Position numbers and translations under genes: made by a program. From NCBI GenBank assembly GCA_013265495.1, contig MU059330.1, positions 14,083,980 through 14,147,979 on the forward strand: 64,000 bases of DNA, given 5' to 3'. Position 1 is the stretch's first letter. Each line of letters opens with the position of its first letter. The notes below the pieces were generated by a model. It was not told the DNA's origin and searched no databases. It saw nothing but the letters and a program-made list of their open reading frames with translations. Shown piece by piece: positions 36,361-47,822 of this stretch. This DNA comes from Vicugna vicugna (Eukaryota).

Positions 36361-36426
36361 TCCATGTGTATGGTCCCCGTCTACGCGGCCTACAAGCTCT
36401 GCAGCCTTCCCGGGTCCTTGCGGGAG
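36259..36426 (+). CDS. SLC6A3: DAT exon 13 (TM11 end, EL6, TM12)
   Basis: tttcag|...gag|gtgcgt, 168 nt, [56 protein letters not shown]. Confidence 0.96.
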
Positions 36427-37842
36427 GTGCGTATTTGGACGGGGCTCCCTTGCCCTGCCCTTCCACCCAGTTGTGAGGCCACCAGTGAGGTCCGGTGGGT
36501 GTCATCGTCCCAGGCTGGCTCCCGCCTGCTCACCTCTGACTGCAGGAGGGCTGGAGAGGATAGCGATCATGCCGGAGACACCGGCCATGGGAGGAAGGGG
36601 GCTGCGCCTGTGTGGGGTCTGCGTCTGTGTGTCTGCGTGTGTGGCCCTGTGTGTGCTTGTGTCCTCACAAGGGCACGTATGTGTGTGGACTTGCCTGTGT
36701 CTATGCCACATGTGTGCATATGTGCTCTACAGAGTGTGGTGCAGGTGAGAAGGGCAGAGGTCTGGAGGGGTGGAATCAGGGGGCCCCATGTTCTCTCCTG
36801 GGGCCGAGCAGGGCCAGCGGGACCCCCAGGCTGGAGCCGTCATGTAGACCCGGGGGTTGCTCTGGTCCTCGCAGTCAGGCACCTGCTGGGAGGGTTGAGC
36901 TGGTCGCAGGGGTCCCTCTGCTTCACATCTTGGCACTGAGATTCCTGGAAGTGACAGAGAACATGGGCCTCCTTGGAAGGACCACTCACAAACCTGCTCA
37001 GAGCTATGGCTGGGAGTTCTTGGAAGCTGCTCTGTACCCAAATTCTGCAGTCTCTCTTAGGAACAGTGGGCAGTGAAGACCTGTTGCTGGTCCAAGGACC
37101 CCCCCAGGGCCACGCAGCATCCCTAGGGTCTAATTGCCCAAGGTGGGTGTCCAGCTGGTCCCACAGCAGTCAGACGGACCAGAGGTGACAGGCATAGCAC
37201 AGGGCAGGGTCACCAGGCCCTCAGGCTGCCCCCGCCTTCTTGGGGTCCCCGAAAAGCCAGATGGTGTTGTGTGATAGAGACCCCTCCCACAGCCCCCCTC
37301 GCTGGCAAGCAGGGACCAGCCCTGGAAAGAGCAGATGACAGGTCATCTCTGTGGGAGACCCCTCTGTGTCACCTGGGGAGGGAGGGCCTGACCCTCTGCC
37401 AGCCACACCCTGAACATAAGCCACATAGAGTCTCAGTGCTGAGACAGGTGAGGCTGCCACTGCCATGTGGGGCAGTCCCTGGGGCAGCGACACCCTGAGG
37501 GGAAGCCTGGCCTCAGGGCCAGAGAGCCAGCTGCTCAGAGACGGCCAAGCCTGAGCTGCTGACGTGGGCAGGAGGCAGAAGGAAAGCTTCCCTAGGGAAG
37601 GTGGCAGAGAGCGGGATCCTCGCCTGCCCACTGGGAGAGAGCGTGGTCCACCTTCACTCAGGCCCCGCAAGCTTCACAGGGGACCAAACCCGCTCCAGTA
37701 GCGGCTCCCTTCAGGCTGGGCTGGACTCTGCTCCGGGGTCTGGGGACACCCGAGCCGACAGCTCCACATCCGACTGCAGTCCACCTGGGCCCACTCACCC
37801 TGCTGGGCGGGGCAGGCTCCACAGCTGTTCCCTCCCTTCTAG

Positions 37843-37914
37843 AAACTGGCCTACGCCATCACGCCCGAGAAGGAGCGCCAGCGGGCGGACAGCGGGGAGG
37901 TGCGCCAGTTCACG
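37843..37914 (+). CDS. SLC6A3: DAT exon 14 (C-terminal tail)
   Basis: ttctag|...acg|gtgagt, 72 nt, KLAYAITPEKERQRADSGEVRQFT. Confidence 0.97.
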
Positions 37915-38174
37915 GTGAGTGCCGCTCTCCCCATGCCGGTCGCAGGGGCGGCCTGGGTGGGTGCCCCCTCCTCCACCCCCCCAGCGAGGGGCCTGGTCAG
38001 GGCACCAGTATCAGCTGTGGGCGCTGCATGGCTGAGTCCTTCCAGGACATGGACACGTTGACTCGAAACCATGTATGGGGCACGACTGTAGGCAGGGGTG
38101 GGGGAGGGGAGGCCTACTGGGACAGGAAACCTCCTCTTACGCAGACCGAAGGCGCAGGACACTCGGTCCCCACT

Positions 38175-40100
38175 GCACTTCCTGTCTTGTTAATTTCAGC
38201 TGTGTCCTGATTGCTCCCTTTTTTCATTAGGTCTACTCTGTTACACCTTTACTAACTTCTTAGTTTACACCTTAGATCGTCAATTTTCAACCTTTCTTCT
38301 TTTCTAATGAAAGCATTCAAGGCTAAGAATTTCCCTCAACGTACCCTGTTGGCTGCATTCCACAACTTCTGACAGAGCGTTTTATCATTTAGTTTTCAAT
38401 GCATCCGAATTTTCACTGTGACTTCTTCATCCCAAGAGTTGCTTAGAAGTCAGCTTTTGAATTCCCAAGTATATGGAGATGTTTGATCTTTCTGTTACTA
38501 ATTTCTAAATTAATTGCATTGTGATCAGGTACCGTTTCACTCATTCTTTGAAGAACGTTGAGCTTCCTTTATGGCCAGTACCTAGTGGACTCTTGTGCGT
38601 GGTGCGTGCGCCTTTAGATGTGGTGCGTTCTTCAGCAGTTGATCTCCTTCTGTTCGTTGGGGTAGGCTTGTAGTCATGTTCAGACCTTCTACAACGTTGC
38701 TGATTCTGGCTCTGTCTGACCGTTATTAACTGGGAGATATTTAACGGGCTACCCCACCTTGAAAGTGTATTTGTCCAGTTTCCCCAGTTTTTGCTCTATT
38801 TTGAGCCTGTCTTCTGAGACAGAGACATGTTCAGAATCATCACATCTTCCTGGTGACTTCTCTCCCTTGTGATGGTCTTGCCCTGAAACCCTGTCTGTCT
38901 GAGATGACCACAGCTGCACTAGGTTTCTTCGGAGTTAACCTGAAATATCTTTTGTAACCCTTTAACTTCCAACTTTGCAGTCCTCTTAAAACGCAGGTGT
39001 CTTTCGCAGACCTCGAGCACACTGGCATGCCTCCCTCTGGCAGGTGGGCAGGTTGATCCATTTACATGCTGTGACTGCCAATACGCTGGGCTTGAGTCTG
39101 CTCTTTGTAAGTCTTGCATTTTTTAATGTTTATTCTTTGCTCTTTATTGCCTTTTATGATTGGTTTTTTCCTTATTCTACTCTTTCCTCTCTGTTACGAA
39201 CTTACATCCTTAATTCCATTAACTTCATAGTTGTTTTTGAAATTGTACCACGCGTATTTCAAGTATAAAGTTAGATATTTTCTGACCCCCATCCTGAATA
39301 TTACAAGGACTTCGGCTTTCCTCCCACAGTTTTCAGCAAATATTCAGAAATACTTGGCTATTGTTTCTCCGATTGTTTTGCTCCGCCCCCTTCCACTTCC
39401 ACACGTACCTTCGGTCGCCTTGTTCTCTCTGCTCTGTGGCTTTATTTTGCTTTCTGTTGCCCTTGTTTAGTTCACTGAGTGTTTTCCTCTGCAAAGCCCG
39501 ACTCTTTGAAAGCCCGCCCAGCACAGCCGCCGTCTCCCACGCGGCGGTTCTCCTCCCTAGAGGCCCAGCTGGGCCCCGTTGTGTCCCTCGTGCCCCGCCT
39601 ACCTCTTGGGACGCGGAGCGCAGCAGTGGCCACCGGAAGGCCCTTGTGCGCCGGCACCGGTGTCTGTGTCTGTGTCGTGTCCGTCCTGGCTCAGTTTCCT
39701 CACAAGGGCTGGATTCTGCTGCCGCTTTTTGTGTTCAGTCGTTTTTCATCGTGCGCCGCATGTTGTGAGTTTTACCTCGTTAGGTGCATTCCTTTCGAAG
39801 CTCTCGAGCTTTGTTCTGGGACGTTGTTAGGTTACCCGGAGACAGCTTGATCTTTGGGGGACTTGCTCTTTGAGACTTGCGGGGTGGGACCAGAGCAGCG
39901 TTTGGTGCGAGGCTAATGGTTCCCGCTGCTGGAGCGAGACCTTCCTGAACACCGTCCCCAGGACCCCAGCATCCATGTGATACTCTTGTTCACCTGCAGG
40001 GGGCACAGCTCCCGGCCTGTGCATTTCTGAGGTGTCCCCCAAATCCTGCCAGGAGGGTCTCCCTGGCTTTGGGGTCACTGAGAATAGCTGATAGCTGACC
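38175..40100 (-). mobile_element. LINE-1 relic in intron 14 (endonuclease region, with 5'UTR-like sequence at ~39800-40050)
   Basis: ttttctaatgaaagcattcaaggctaagaatttccctc, gctgcattccacaac, ttctaaattaattgcattgtgatc, plus cagcttgatctttgggggacttgctctttgag...gggaccagagcagc. Confidence 0.75.
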
Positions 40101-40604
40101 CCCGGGGACGCTGCACACTCACTCTGAAACTCCAGCCTGTGGACTCAGCGGCCTTGGGCTCCCCGGCGCTCAGCCCATCCCATCAGCCTAGGGGGTCACT
40201 GGGCCCTGCCTGGGCTTCCCCTTCCCCGTGATGAACCTGGAAGGCCCCCGGAGGCCATGCTGGGGGCAGCGGGGTGGCTCGCCCGGCTCATCTCTCCGGG
40301 CTCTCCGTCCTTTGTAGTCTGACATCCTAGTCTGGGAAATCATTATCATATGCACTTTGTTCGTTTTACGCTGCTTCGGGGGATAGGGTCGCTCCATCTG
40401 GACCAGCAGCACCGTTGCATGTGGCTCTGGTCCCTTCCCTCCGAGGCTGCCCAGCACCCGTGTTACGTCGTTACTTAAGCTCCGTCTCGTATCCCCTGCC
40501 TTGTCCTGTTTCACCGCCAGCCCCATTCTGACTCCGTCTCTGGAGGCTGCCTCTGGCCTGCTGTTTCTGGTGAGCATCACTGTAAGCCGCTCATTTCACT
40601 TCTT

Positions 40605-40950
40605 AAATCGTTTCCTGCATAGCTGCCCCCAAACCTGACGGCTGGTGCATGGGGGTCTGAGCTGAGCTCTGGTGTGTGCTGGTTCACGCACAGTGGGCTG
40701 CAGTCCATGTGTGCGGTCTTCTGGTTGAGGGCCAGTTCAGCTGCGGGAATCCTGAGCGGCCTGTGAGTTCACTTCCTCCAGAGGACCACCTCTGGCTCGT
40801 CTGCGGCAGGACAGGGGCTCAGGCCTCAGCTGGGGCCCGAGTGCGGCTCCCCAGCCCCTGCATGGCTCTGGCGTCACCACGGAGCCACTGCTCTGGCCAC
40901 AGGGCCGCTCTCGCTGCTCACGGTCAGGCCCCGCCCACTGGCTCCCTTCG
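40605..40950 (-). mobile_element. Probable MaLR (MLT1) LTR relic
   Basis: ctgcatagctgcccccaaacctgacggc...gctgagct...cagctgggg resembles antisense MLT1. Heavily diverged. Confidence 0.35.
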
Positions 40951-41720
40951 CGACCACGCAGGTGTGTCCTGAGCAGGGCTGGCGGCGCCGCGCAGGCTTC
41001 TAGGGGTAGTAGAGAGCCTGTCGTGGGGCCAGCGGGAGACCTGGCACCTCCCCGTCCCCCGCGTGGCGTGTCAGAAACAAGCCTTCGTGCTCTCATTTGG
41101 AAACGTTTGAAAAACAGTTCTTGCCATTTTGTGCGATCGAATGGCTTATGCTCAAAAATAGGCTGAAGGAGCAGCTGCGTAATGACAGGCGGTGACATCT
41201 GTGGACAACTAAATAGCGGCCGCCATCCATCTCGTCTGCCCCGCGGGGCACACGCGGCCTCATCCACACTGCCTGGGGTCACACAGAGAAGATGGAGCGC
41301 AGGGCGCGGGTTTCACGGGACGATCAGAGGCCCCAGGAGAGTGGCTGCAGGGGGCCTGGGGCATCACAGGTCCTGTGAGCTGGCGGGGGTGCCCTGAGAC
41401 CAGCCCAGGCTTGCCAGCACCCAGCGTCCACCCAGCAGCTGATGTCACGCCGATGTCTGGGGGTCGCAGAGGCTGCTGGCCTGTGCTCTGGCCCCTCTGT
41501 GCTCCCCGATGGCTCTGTGTGCAGCGATGACTTCCCTTCATAAGGTTAAAGCAGGCACCAGGTCTGTCGTGTACCGGGAGCAGCGCTGTGCCCCCCGCCC
41601 ACTCCCACCATCCACTCTGCTGAGGGGTCCCCAGCGACAAGCCGGGCCCTCAGCCGAGGAGCCGCCCTTATCCAAGCAGCTCCTCCCTTCGCTTCTGAAC
41701 CAACCCTCTTTTCTTTTCAG

Positions 41721-41744
41721 CTCCGCCACTGGCTCGTGGTGTAA
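41721..41744 (+). CDS. SLC6A3: DAT exon 15 coding part (LRHWLVV-stop; PDZ-binding C-terminus)
   Basis: cttttcttttcag|CTC CGC CAC TGG CTC GTG GTG TAA. Total CDS is 1854 nt, 617 aa. Confidence 0.97.
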   Translation, partial: LRHWLVV

Positions 41745-43010
41745 GGGAGCAGAGAAGGGAGACCCCAGGCGCCGACCGCTGCAGGACAGACGAAAACGAA
41801 GAAGGAAAACCTGAGCTTAAGAGAAAGGAGGGCTGCTCCTCTCTGTAGCCTCTGCTCCACTGGACACGCGCGTCTCCACCCCTGACGTCCATGCCCTCTC
41901 GGCCGCGGGGAGGCGCCCCGCCCGTCCGCGCCGCTGTGTAACTCACGTAGCCTGTGCTGCTCCGCAGGTAGCAACGCCGGAGTCCTGTGCCGTGTGTGTA
42001 GAGCTGGCCCCTCCCCGCCACACCCACCCCAGCGCCCCCACAGCCCACACCTGCTGTCACCCGTGTGCTGAGAAGCACCATGACTGTAGATTACAGATTC
42101 TCTGCTGAGAATCCCAGCGCTCACAGTAGCTTCCTGGATCCTTTGTTTCACTCACATTAAAAAACCAAGTGTCTATTCTGCCTGATTGTGCAGAGGTGAG
42201 ACGGAGGAGGCCGCACAGAAGATGACAGCGTGGGGCCGCGCATCCCCACGTCACCCGTCCGCTCAGCCCCCACGGGGGTGGGGGCCGGGTGTGCAGTGGG
42301 AGCGCTGTCTATTTCCTTGCAGCCGAGGGAACAGAGCTCCGCCAAGTCCGCGTGGGCTGCCGCCACCCCTGCCCGATGTGCGTCCCAGAGAGCTCTTGGC
42401 CACCTCACCGTGGACACCCTGCTCTGGAGAAAGCGAGCTCCCCGGGAACGGGAGACCGTCCCCCGCGTGGGCCCTGACCGTGCAGACCCTGTCCCGAGGC
42501 CACGGCCTGGACACCCCGACCTCGGGGGGAGACCCCGCCGGGATCTCTCCGGGCACCTGTCGCATCAGTAACAGCGCTCGTTCCCTTAGGGAACGGCTTT
42601 TGGCACCCTGCTTACCTGTGCATCAGAACCAGCACTCAGCATCCGGGCTGGTTTCTGAAATCTGCCTGCTCATGTCCTGCTGTTGACGAGGATTTGGACT
42701 GTTGACCAAGGACCGTTCCCGGCACGGCCCCCCGGGGGCTGGCCGTGTGCTCTGGGCCGGCTCCAGCCTGCGGAGCCTTCTCGGCCATCCCTGCGAGCGG
42801 ACCTCAGCCCAGGCGCGGTGGAACCAGCCACTCGGGGAGACCCAGCGTGTCAGCCGGAGCTTGCGTGCAGTTCTGGGGGGAACCGGGTCCCTCGTCCTGT
42901 CCAGGAGTGCCCCGTGCTCATGTAAAACCCTGTGTCGTCCATGTCCATCGGTCTCCACCGGGGCCTCCTGTGGTCGTCACCAACAATAAAGAAACCCGTG
43001 GGAAAATGGC
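41745..43010 (+). other. SLC6A3: SLC6A3 3'UTR (end approximate)
   Basis: Runs from the stop codon to the first canonical AATAAA at 42985-42990. Confidence 0.65.
42985..42990 (+). terminator. SLC6A3: Polyadenylation signal AATAAA
   Basis: First AATAAA I found downstream of the stop codon. GT-containing sequence follows (gtggctccgtggccacgttcttgc). Confidence 0.7.
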
Positions 43011-43203
43011 CGTGGCTCCGTGGCCACGTTCTTGCTTAGCCCACCGTTTCGCCAGGGCCGGCTGCCTCGGGCCCCACTCCCCTCCCGCCAGAACTGCCTT
43101 CACGCGCTTCTTCTGAGCCGAAAGGGAGCACAGCTGGGGCCCCTGCAGGTCTGCTGGGCTTACCCGGAACCTGCCCAGGGCCCCGCTGGCTCAGTGCTGC
43201 CCC

Positions 43204-43205
<2 letters not shown>

Positions 43206-43234
<29 letters not shown>
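43206..43234. repeat. Poly-C tract (C29)
   Basis: Read directly from the sequence. Confidence 0.9.
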
Positions 43235-44599
43235 ATCCAGACTCCAGCCCTGCAGTGTGACCACCGCCACTGCCCAGCCCAAGTGCCTCTTCTGGGGACA
43301 TGACACCAGAGTCCCGAGTGGCTCCCTGCCTTAGGTCCCTAAAGATCTCTTGCCCACTCTGTGGCTAAAGGGGTCCTTCTCTTCACCAGTCAGCTCTGGC
43401 CACAGCCCAGAGGAGGCCCCTGTGGTGGGTCACGGTGCCTGGAATAGACACTGACGCCCCTGCTGTGATCAGTGGTCAGGCAGCTGTGACCCGCCTGATA
43501 GGACACTGGTCTCTCTGCCAGGCCCCCGTCCTGCCCCAGCCAGGGATCCCGCGGGCACACCCATACCGGGCCCACATGATCTTTCTTTTCCCAAATCCCC
43601 CGAGCACATCCTCCTTTCCCAGGGACCACAGAGCCCACACCAGCTGCTCCTGGCGGCTCCTCCCCACCAGCCACATAGTGATGGGCCTCACCTGGACCAT
43701 CCAGCACCTCCTGGTGCTGCTCTCCTGGGGTCCTGTCTGCCCCCGGATGTAGCTCTCCCAACTCCGGGACCTGTCTCCCCACGGTCTGCTTCTGGGTCAG
43801 CCTCCAGGTGTCACAGGTGAAGACGTCATAGCCAATCCTGGGCTGGGCACAAAACTCACCCCAAGGGGACAAAGGCCTGATCTCAGTGCCACCCAGTCCC
43901 CCCCCTACTGCTGAGGTCCACTGTGACTCACCGTTCTCAGCCTCTGTGGCGCGGGCAGGACCCCGGCCATTTCTGTCCCTGCGGTCCCCTCACCCCACAG
44001 CTTCCTGGAAGAAATTTGTGAGTCAAGCCCCAGCCCCAGAGGCTTCAGGGGCCTCTCCCCAGGCGAGCGGAGCTGTGAGGATAGAGGCTCGGAGTGGAAA
44101 AGACGTCCCAGAGCTCCCAGGGCTGTCCTTCCTCCATGTCCCCCGACCCACGGGGACACACGTGCCCACAGACACACCCCATGCGTGCTGCACTTGTCTT
44201 ACACACCTCGAGACGTGCTGAACATGGCACCCATGCCCACGTACACATGCAGGACACACACATCACGCCCACGCACACGAGCCCCTGCACACACGCACAC
44301 GCAAGCCCACATGGCCAGCTGCCCCTCACACGCGAGAGTGCACGTGCACACTCAGCTGCAGTGCCCAGGGCCTCTCTGGACAGTCTGGGGCCGCTCTGGG
44401 GAGCCAGGCTGCCCTGGGACAGCGGGGGGTTCTTGCCTCCACAGCCCCTGGGTCCTGACAGGGTCTCGCTGGTGTCCCATCCTCAAGTGTCTGAGCTGGG
44501 GTCCTGCCCGGGAGCTGAGCCACATCAGGAAGCGACAAAGGGCTTACAGCCTGCACATGTAAACAACTCCCACAAATCAATAAGACCAAGAAGAACTAC

Positions 44600-45388
44600 G
44601 ATTCTGAACCCAAGTCCAGTGTGTGGGGGGTTTCCCACCCCTCCGAGCAGCTCTCAGGCGCTAGCTGGGTGTCCGACAATTCAGTTCAGCTCTGATGCTG
44701 CCCACCTGGAGGTGGTGTCTGACCCCATGGGTTCAGGGCTCTGTCCCACACGACTGCCCCGCCTCAGATGCCAGTCACAGTCCAGGCTGTCACCTGTGTT
44801 TCCCGAGGGCTCGAGGTCAGGGGTGCCAACAACCACTCCTCAGGTTCGATGAACCCCCTGGCCCGGCTCCCGCGACTCAGGAACCCACTGTTCCCACCGC
44901 GGCACCAGGACACAGGGGTTTCTGCCTTCGTGGAGGCTGGGGCCCCAGGGGAGAGTTCTGGGTCCTCAACCCAGAAGCTCTCTGAACACCCTTCTGCAGG
45001 TTTTTATGGAGGCTTCATTACACAGACACGATTGATTAAATCATTGGCCACTGGGGAGTGGCTCAACCTCCAGCCCCTCTCCCCTCCTCGGAGGTGGGGA
45101 CTGAAAGCTCCAACCCTCTAGTCTCTGGTCAGCTCCCGGCCTCCAGCTCCACCTTAGACGCTTCCAAGTCGCTTCATTCACGTCAAGCCCGCTGTGGGGG
45201 GAGGGGCTTGGCATGGACAGTGAGACACCCCCTCGCTGTCCTTGGTTTGAAGCTGCGGACAAGAGACCAAATATCATCGAGAAAGACGATCCTGCAGCTG
45301 TTACTGCCCAGGAAGTTACGAGGGTTTTGTGAGCAGCCCTGAGCGGTGGGGGGGAGGCGGCGTGACTGCTCACAGCGTCACAGTCACA
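44600..45388 (-). mobile_element. MER21-like ERV solo LTR
   Basis: gctgggtgtccgacaattcagttcagctctg, gtttttatggaggcttcattac...gattgattaaatcattggcca, ctcaacctccagcccctctcccctcc, ending ...cagtcaca. Matches the recalled MER21 consensus. Confidence 0.75.
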
Positions 45389-46269
45389 CGCAGCCGCCTA
45401 ACAGCCCAACAGGGAAAGGGTAGGACCCTTGGCCGGGGGCCCAGCAGTGAGCCTGTGTGAGACGCCCGAGCTCGGTCGCCAGCCCTGACAGGATGCCTCC
45501 CTCACCCGCCGCCCCAGCCGGTTTCAGCAGCTGACACCCCGCCAGTGAGCGGGGGCGACAGGAACAGTCACATCTGTACAGGAGAGGCACCCCGCAGTGA
45601 GCGGGGAAGAGCCAGCCTTGTCTGCAGGCGCAGCCCCGTCACGTGGGGTTCCTCCTGCCGTCGGGTGCGGCCGCTCCCCGCCTGCTGCAGGTGCAGCTCC
45701 AGCGCTCGCGCCTGGACCCCCCCAGCACCTGCCGGGTGGCCCACCCCGGCCACCACTGTCTGAGCCGAGCCTACCATCCCCGCTCCAGGTCTGCTCTGCC
45801 GTGGTCCGTGCTCTGGGCTCCCCGTGGGTGACACCCCACCACTGAATCGGGGGAACCCCATTTCAGGCTCTGTTTCTCAGGAGTCCCAGCCTGAGAAGGT
45901 GCACGTCCCCAAACACAGTTCCGCCTCTAACTGCACGCCCAGCAGAACGAGCATGGCCGGCAGTCAGGACACACGTGTGAGAGGGCTCTCGAGCCCAAAT
46001 TGGAACCACAGAGACACAGGCCGGTGCCGAGTGGACACATTTCAGCTCAGCGAGGCCGGCCTGTCGGCAGACGGCACTGACCAGCAGGGCAGAGCAAGGC
46101 GGCAGCCCTCAGACTGTGACCTTGCTGGAAGCACGTGGTCGTCACTGTGCCGGGAAGCATCAGAGGGCTGGACAGGCTGGAGCCCCTGTTGTCCCGCAGA
46201 CTCACGACACAGGGGCTGCCATCTTCCAGGGCTAGCCGTGTGGTGACGGGAGGCATCTTCCCACACAGG

Positions 46270-46540
46270 CAACGCATGTGAGAGGTGGGTTAGTTAAGAC
46301 GAGCAGCAATGTGCCTGGTGACCTTACAGATGGAGAGAGACACAGAGACACACCCAGGAGACGGCGTGTGACTGCCTCCAGAGAGGCCAGAGTGATGCCG
46401 GGGTCACCGGGCACCAGACGCTGGGAGGGAGGGAGGCTGGGCCGCATGCCCTCTCAGGGCCCCACAGGAGGGACCAGCCCCACCCACAGCTGACTTCAGA
46501 CTCGCCTCCAGAGAGAACGAATTCCTGGCGGTCCTGGCCC
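46270..46540 (+). mobile_element. MaLR (MLT1) LTR relic
   Basis: gagagagacacagagacacacccaggagacggcgtgtgac...ccagagtgatg...caccagacgctggga...gacttcagactcgcctccaga. Confidence 0.55.
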
Positions 46541-46984
46541 ATGGCCTCGGTGCTCCCAGGACACTGGCACAGACGGCGAGCCTGCCGGACGTCCGGGACC
46601 GCCTCGGCACTCCAGACTCACCCGCCTCCCCTGCTGCCTCCCCCTGCCTGGTGCCTCCCCTTGTTCTCCACCCGGAACAATCTCCTTCGTACTCCCGGCC
46701 CCTGCTTTCCAACCGCTTACCTCTGCCGCCATCACAGCTTCTCTTGGACACCACCTCTGAAAGCCTGCTCCGACCCCTGCCTCTGTGCTGGGCCCCTGGT
46801 CAGCGCTCCTCGAACCTCCCCCACTCTCCCCAGGCCTCCCCAGCAGGTGTCCCATGGGACGGAGCATGCTCACTGTCTCCCCGGTGTGTGGAGAGCTCCC
46901 CTGGGAATGAGCCGGCCCCATTCGCTTCTGCCAGCGTCTGCAATGGACCTGCACACAGCAGACAGTGGGGCTTGATGAGCACTC

Positions 46985-47265
46985 ACAGATGAATGAGTTA
47001 AGGGGTAGGTATTTAGATGGCTGGGCAGCGGGTGGATAGGAGGAGGAGGGGAGAAAGGAGGGAGGGAAGAGGGGTGGAAGAATGGGTGGGCGGGTGAAGT
47101 CTAGACAGACGAAGGAGGGAGGGAGGGCCGATGGCAAGCAGTTGGGCTGATGGGTGGATAAATGGATGAATGGTGGACGGGTGGACGGGTGGACGGATGG
47201 GTGAGTGGCGCCAGGGGCACTTGGGTGGGTGGACGGGCAGGCGGGTGGGTGGAAGCACAGATGAT
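46985..47265. repeat. Degenerate (GGAT/GGGT/GGAC)n and GA-rich simple repeat
   Basis: gatggatgaatggtggacgggtggacgggtggacggatgggtgag seen directly. Confidence 0.7.
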
Positions 47266-47557
47266 GGAAGGCCCTGTATCGCATCTGAAAGTCTGTAATT
47301 CTGGTCCAATCTCACCCCCGGCTGGGCTAGACACATGAATGCTGTGTTTGGTGTCTGTTCTCCAAGGAGAGGTAAGGCTGTAACACAAGTGAAATGCGTT
47401 CATTTCAGAACACCTGAAGTGTTCTCTCCACTGATGCGGCGTGGGAACCAAGCTCCCGGAAGGTAGGGGCTTCCTGCGCCAGGCCTTCCACCCACGGGAG
47501 GCCTCGGCGCCTCGGTCCGCGCTGCACTTTGTCGTCTGACTGATGCTCTTCACCCAG

Positions 47558-47822
47558 TGACCTTTAGACAGAGTCTGAGTGTTAAAGCCCAGAAAAGCCG
47601 TGTGATTTTTTCCTTTGAGAGAAGCATTTTAGCGAAGGTTTGGCAACAGTGAAACAGGTGATTTAAAGGGTAAACGGATTCCTCCGTGTTTGGCTTTTTC
47701 TGTTCTGTTCCCCAATCCTTTAATCTCTCTGCGGTGCTCCCGATCAGCCACGTCCGTGGCCTCTGCTTGTCTCCCGGTCACTGACAGCAGGGAAAGGTCA
47801 CCTTTTTCGAGACAGTTAATTA
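47558..47822. promoter_or_regulatory. Candidate distal enhancer: two NBRE octamers (Nurr1/NR4A) plus homeodomain motifs
   Basis: TGACCTTT 47558-47565, AAAGGTCA 47793-47800, TAATCT 47721-47726, TAATTA 47817-47822. Motif evidence only. Confidence 0.4.

Noticed and set aside
41745-43010. Searched for the human 40-bp 3'UTR VNTR (and the 30-bp intron 8 VNTR in 29607-32106)
   Set aside because: No tandem array visible by eye in either interval.
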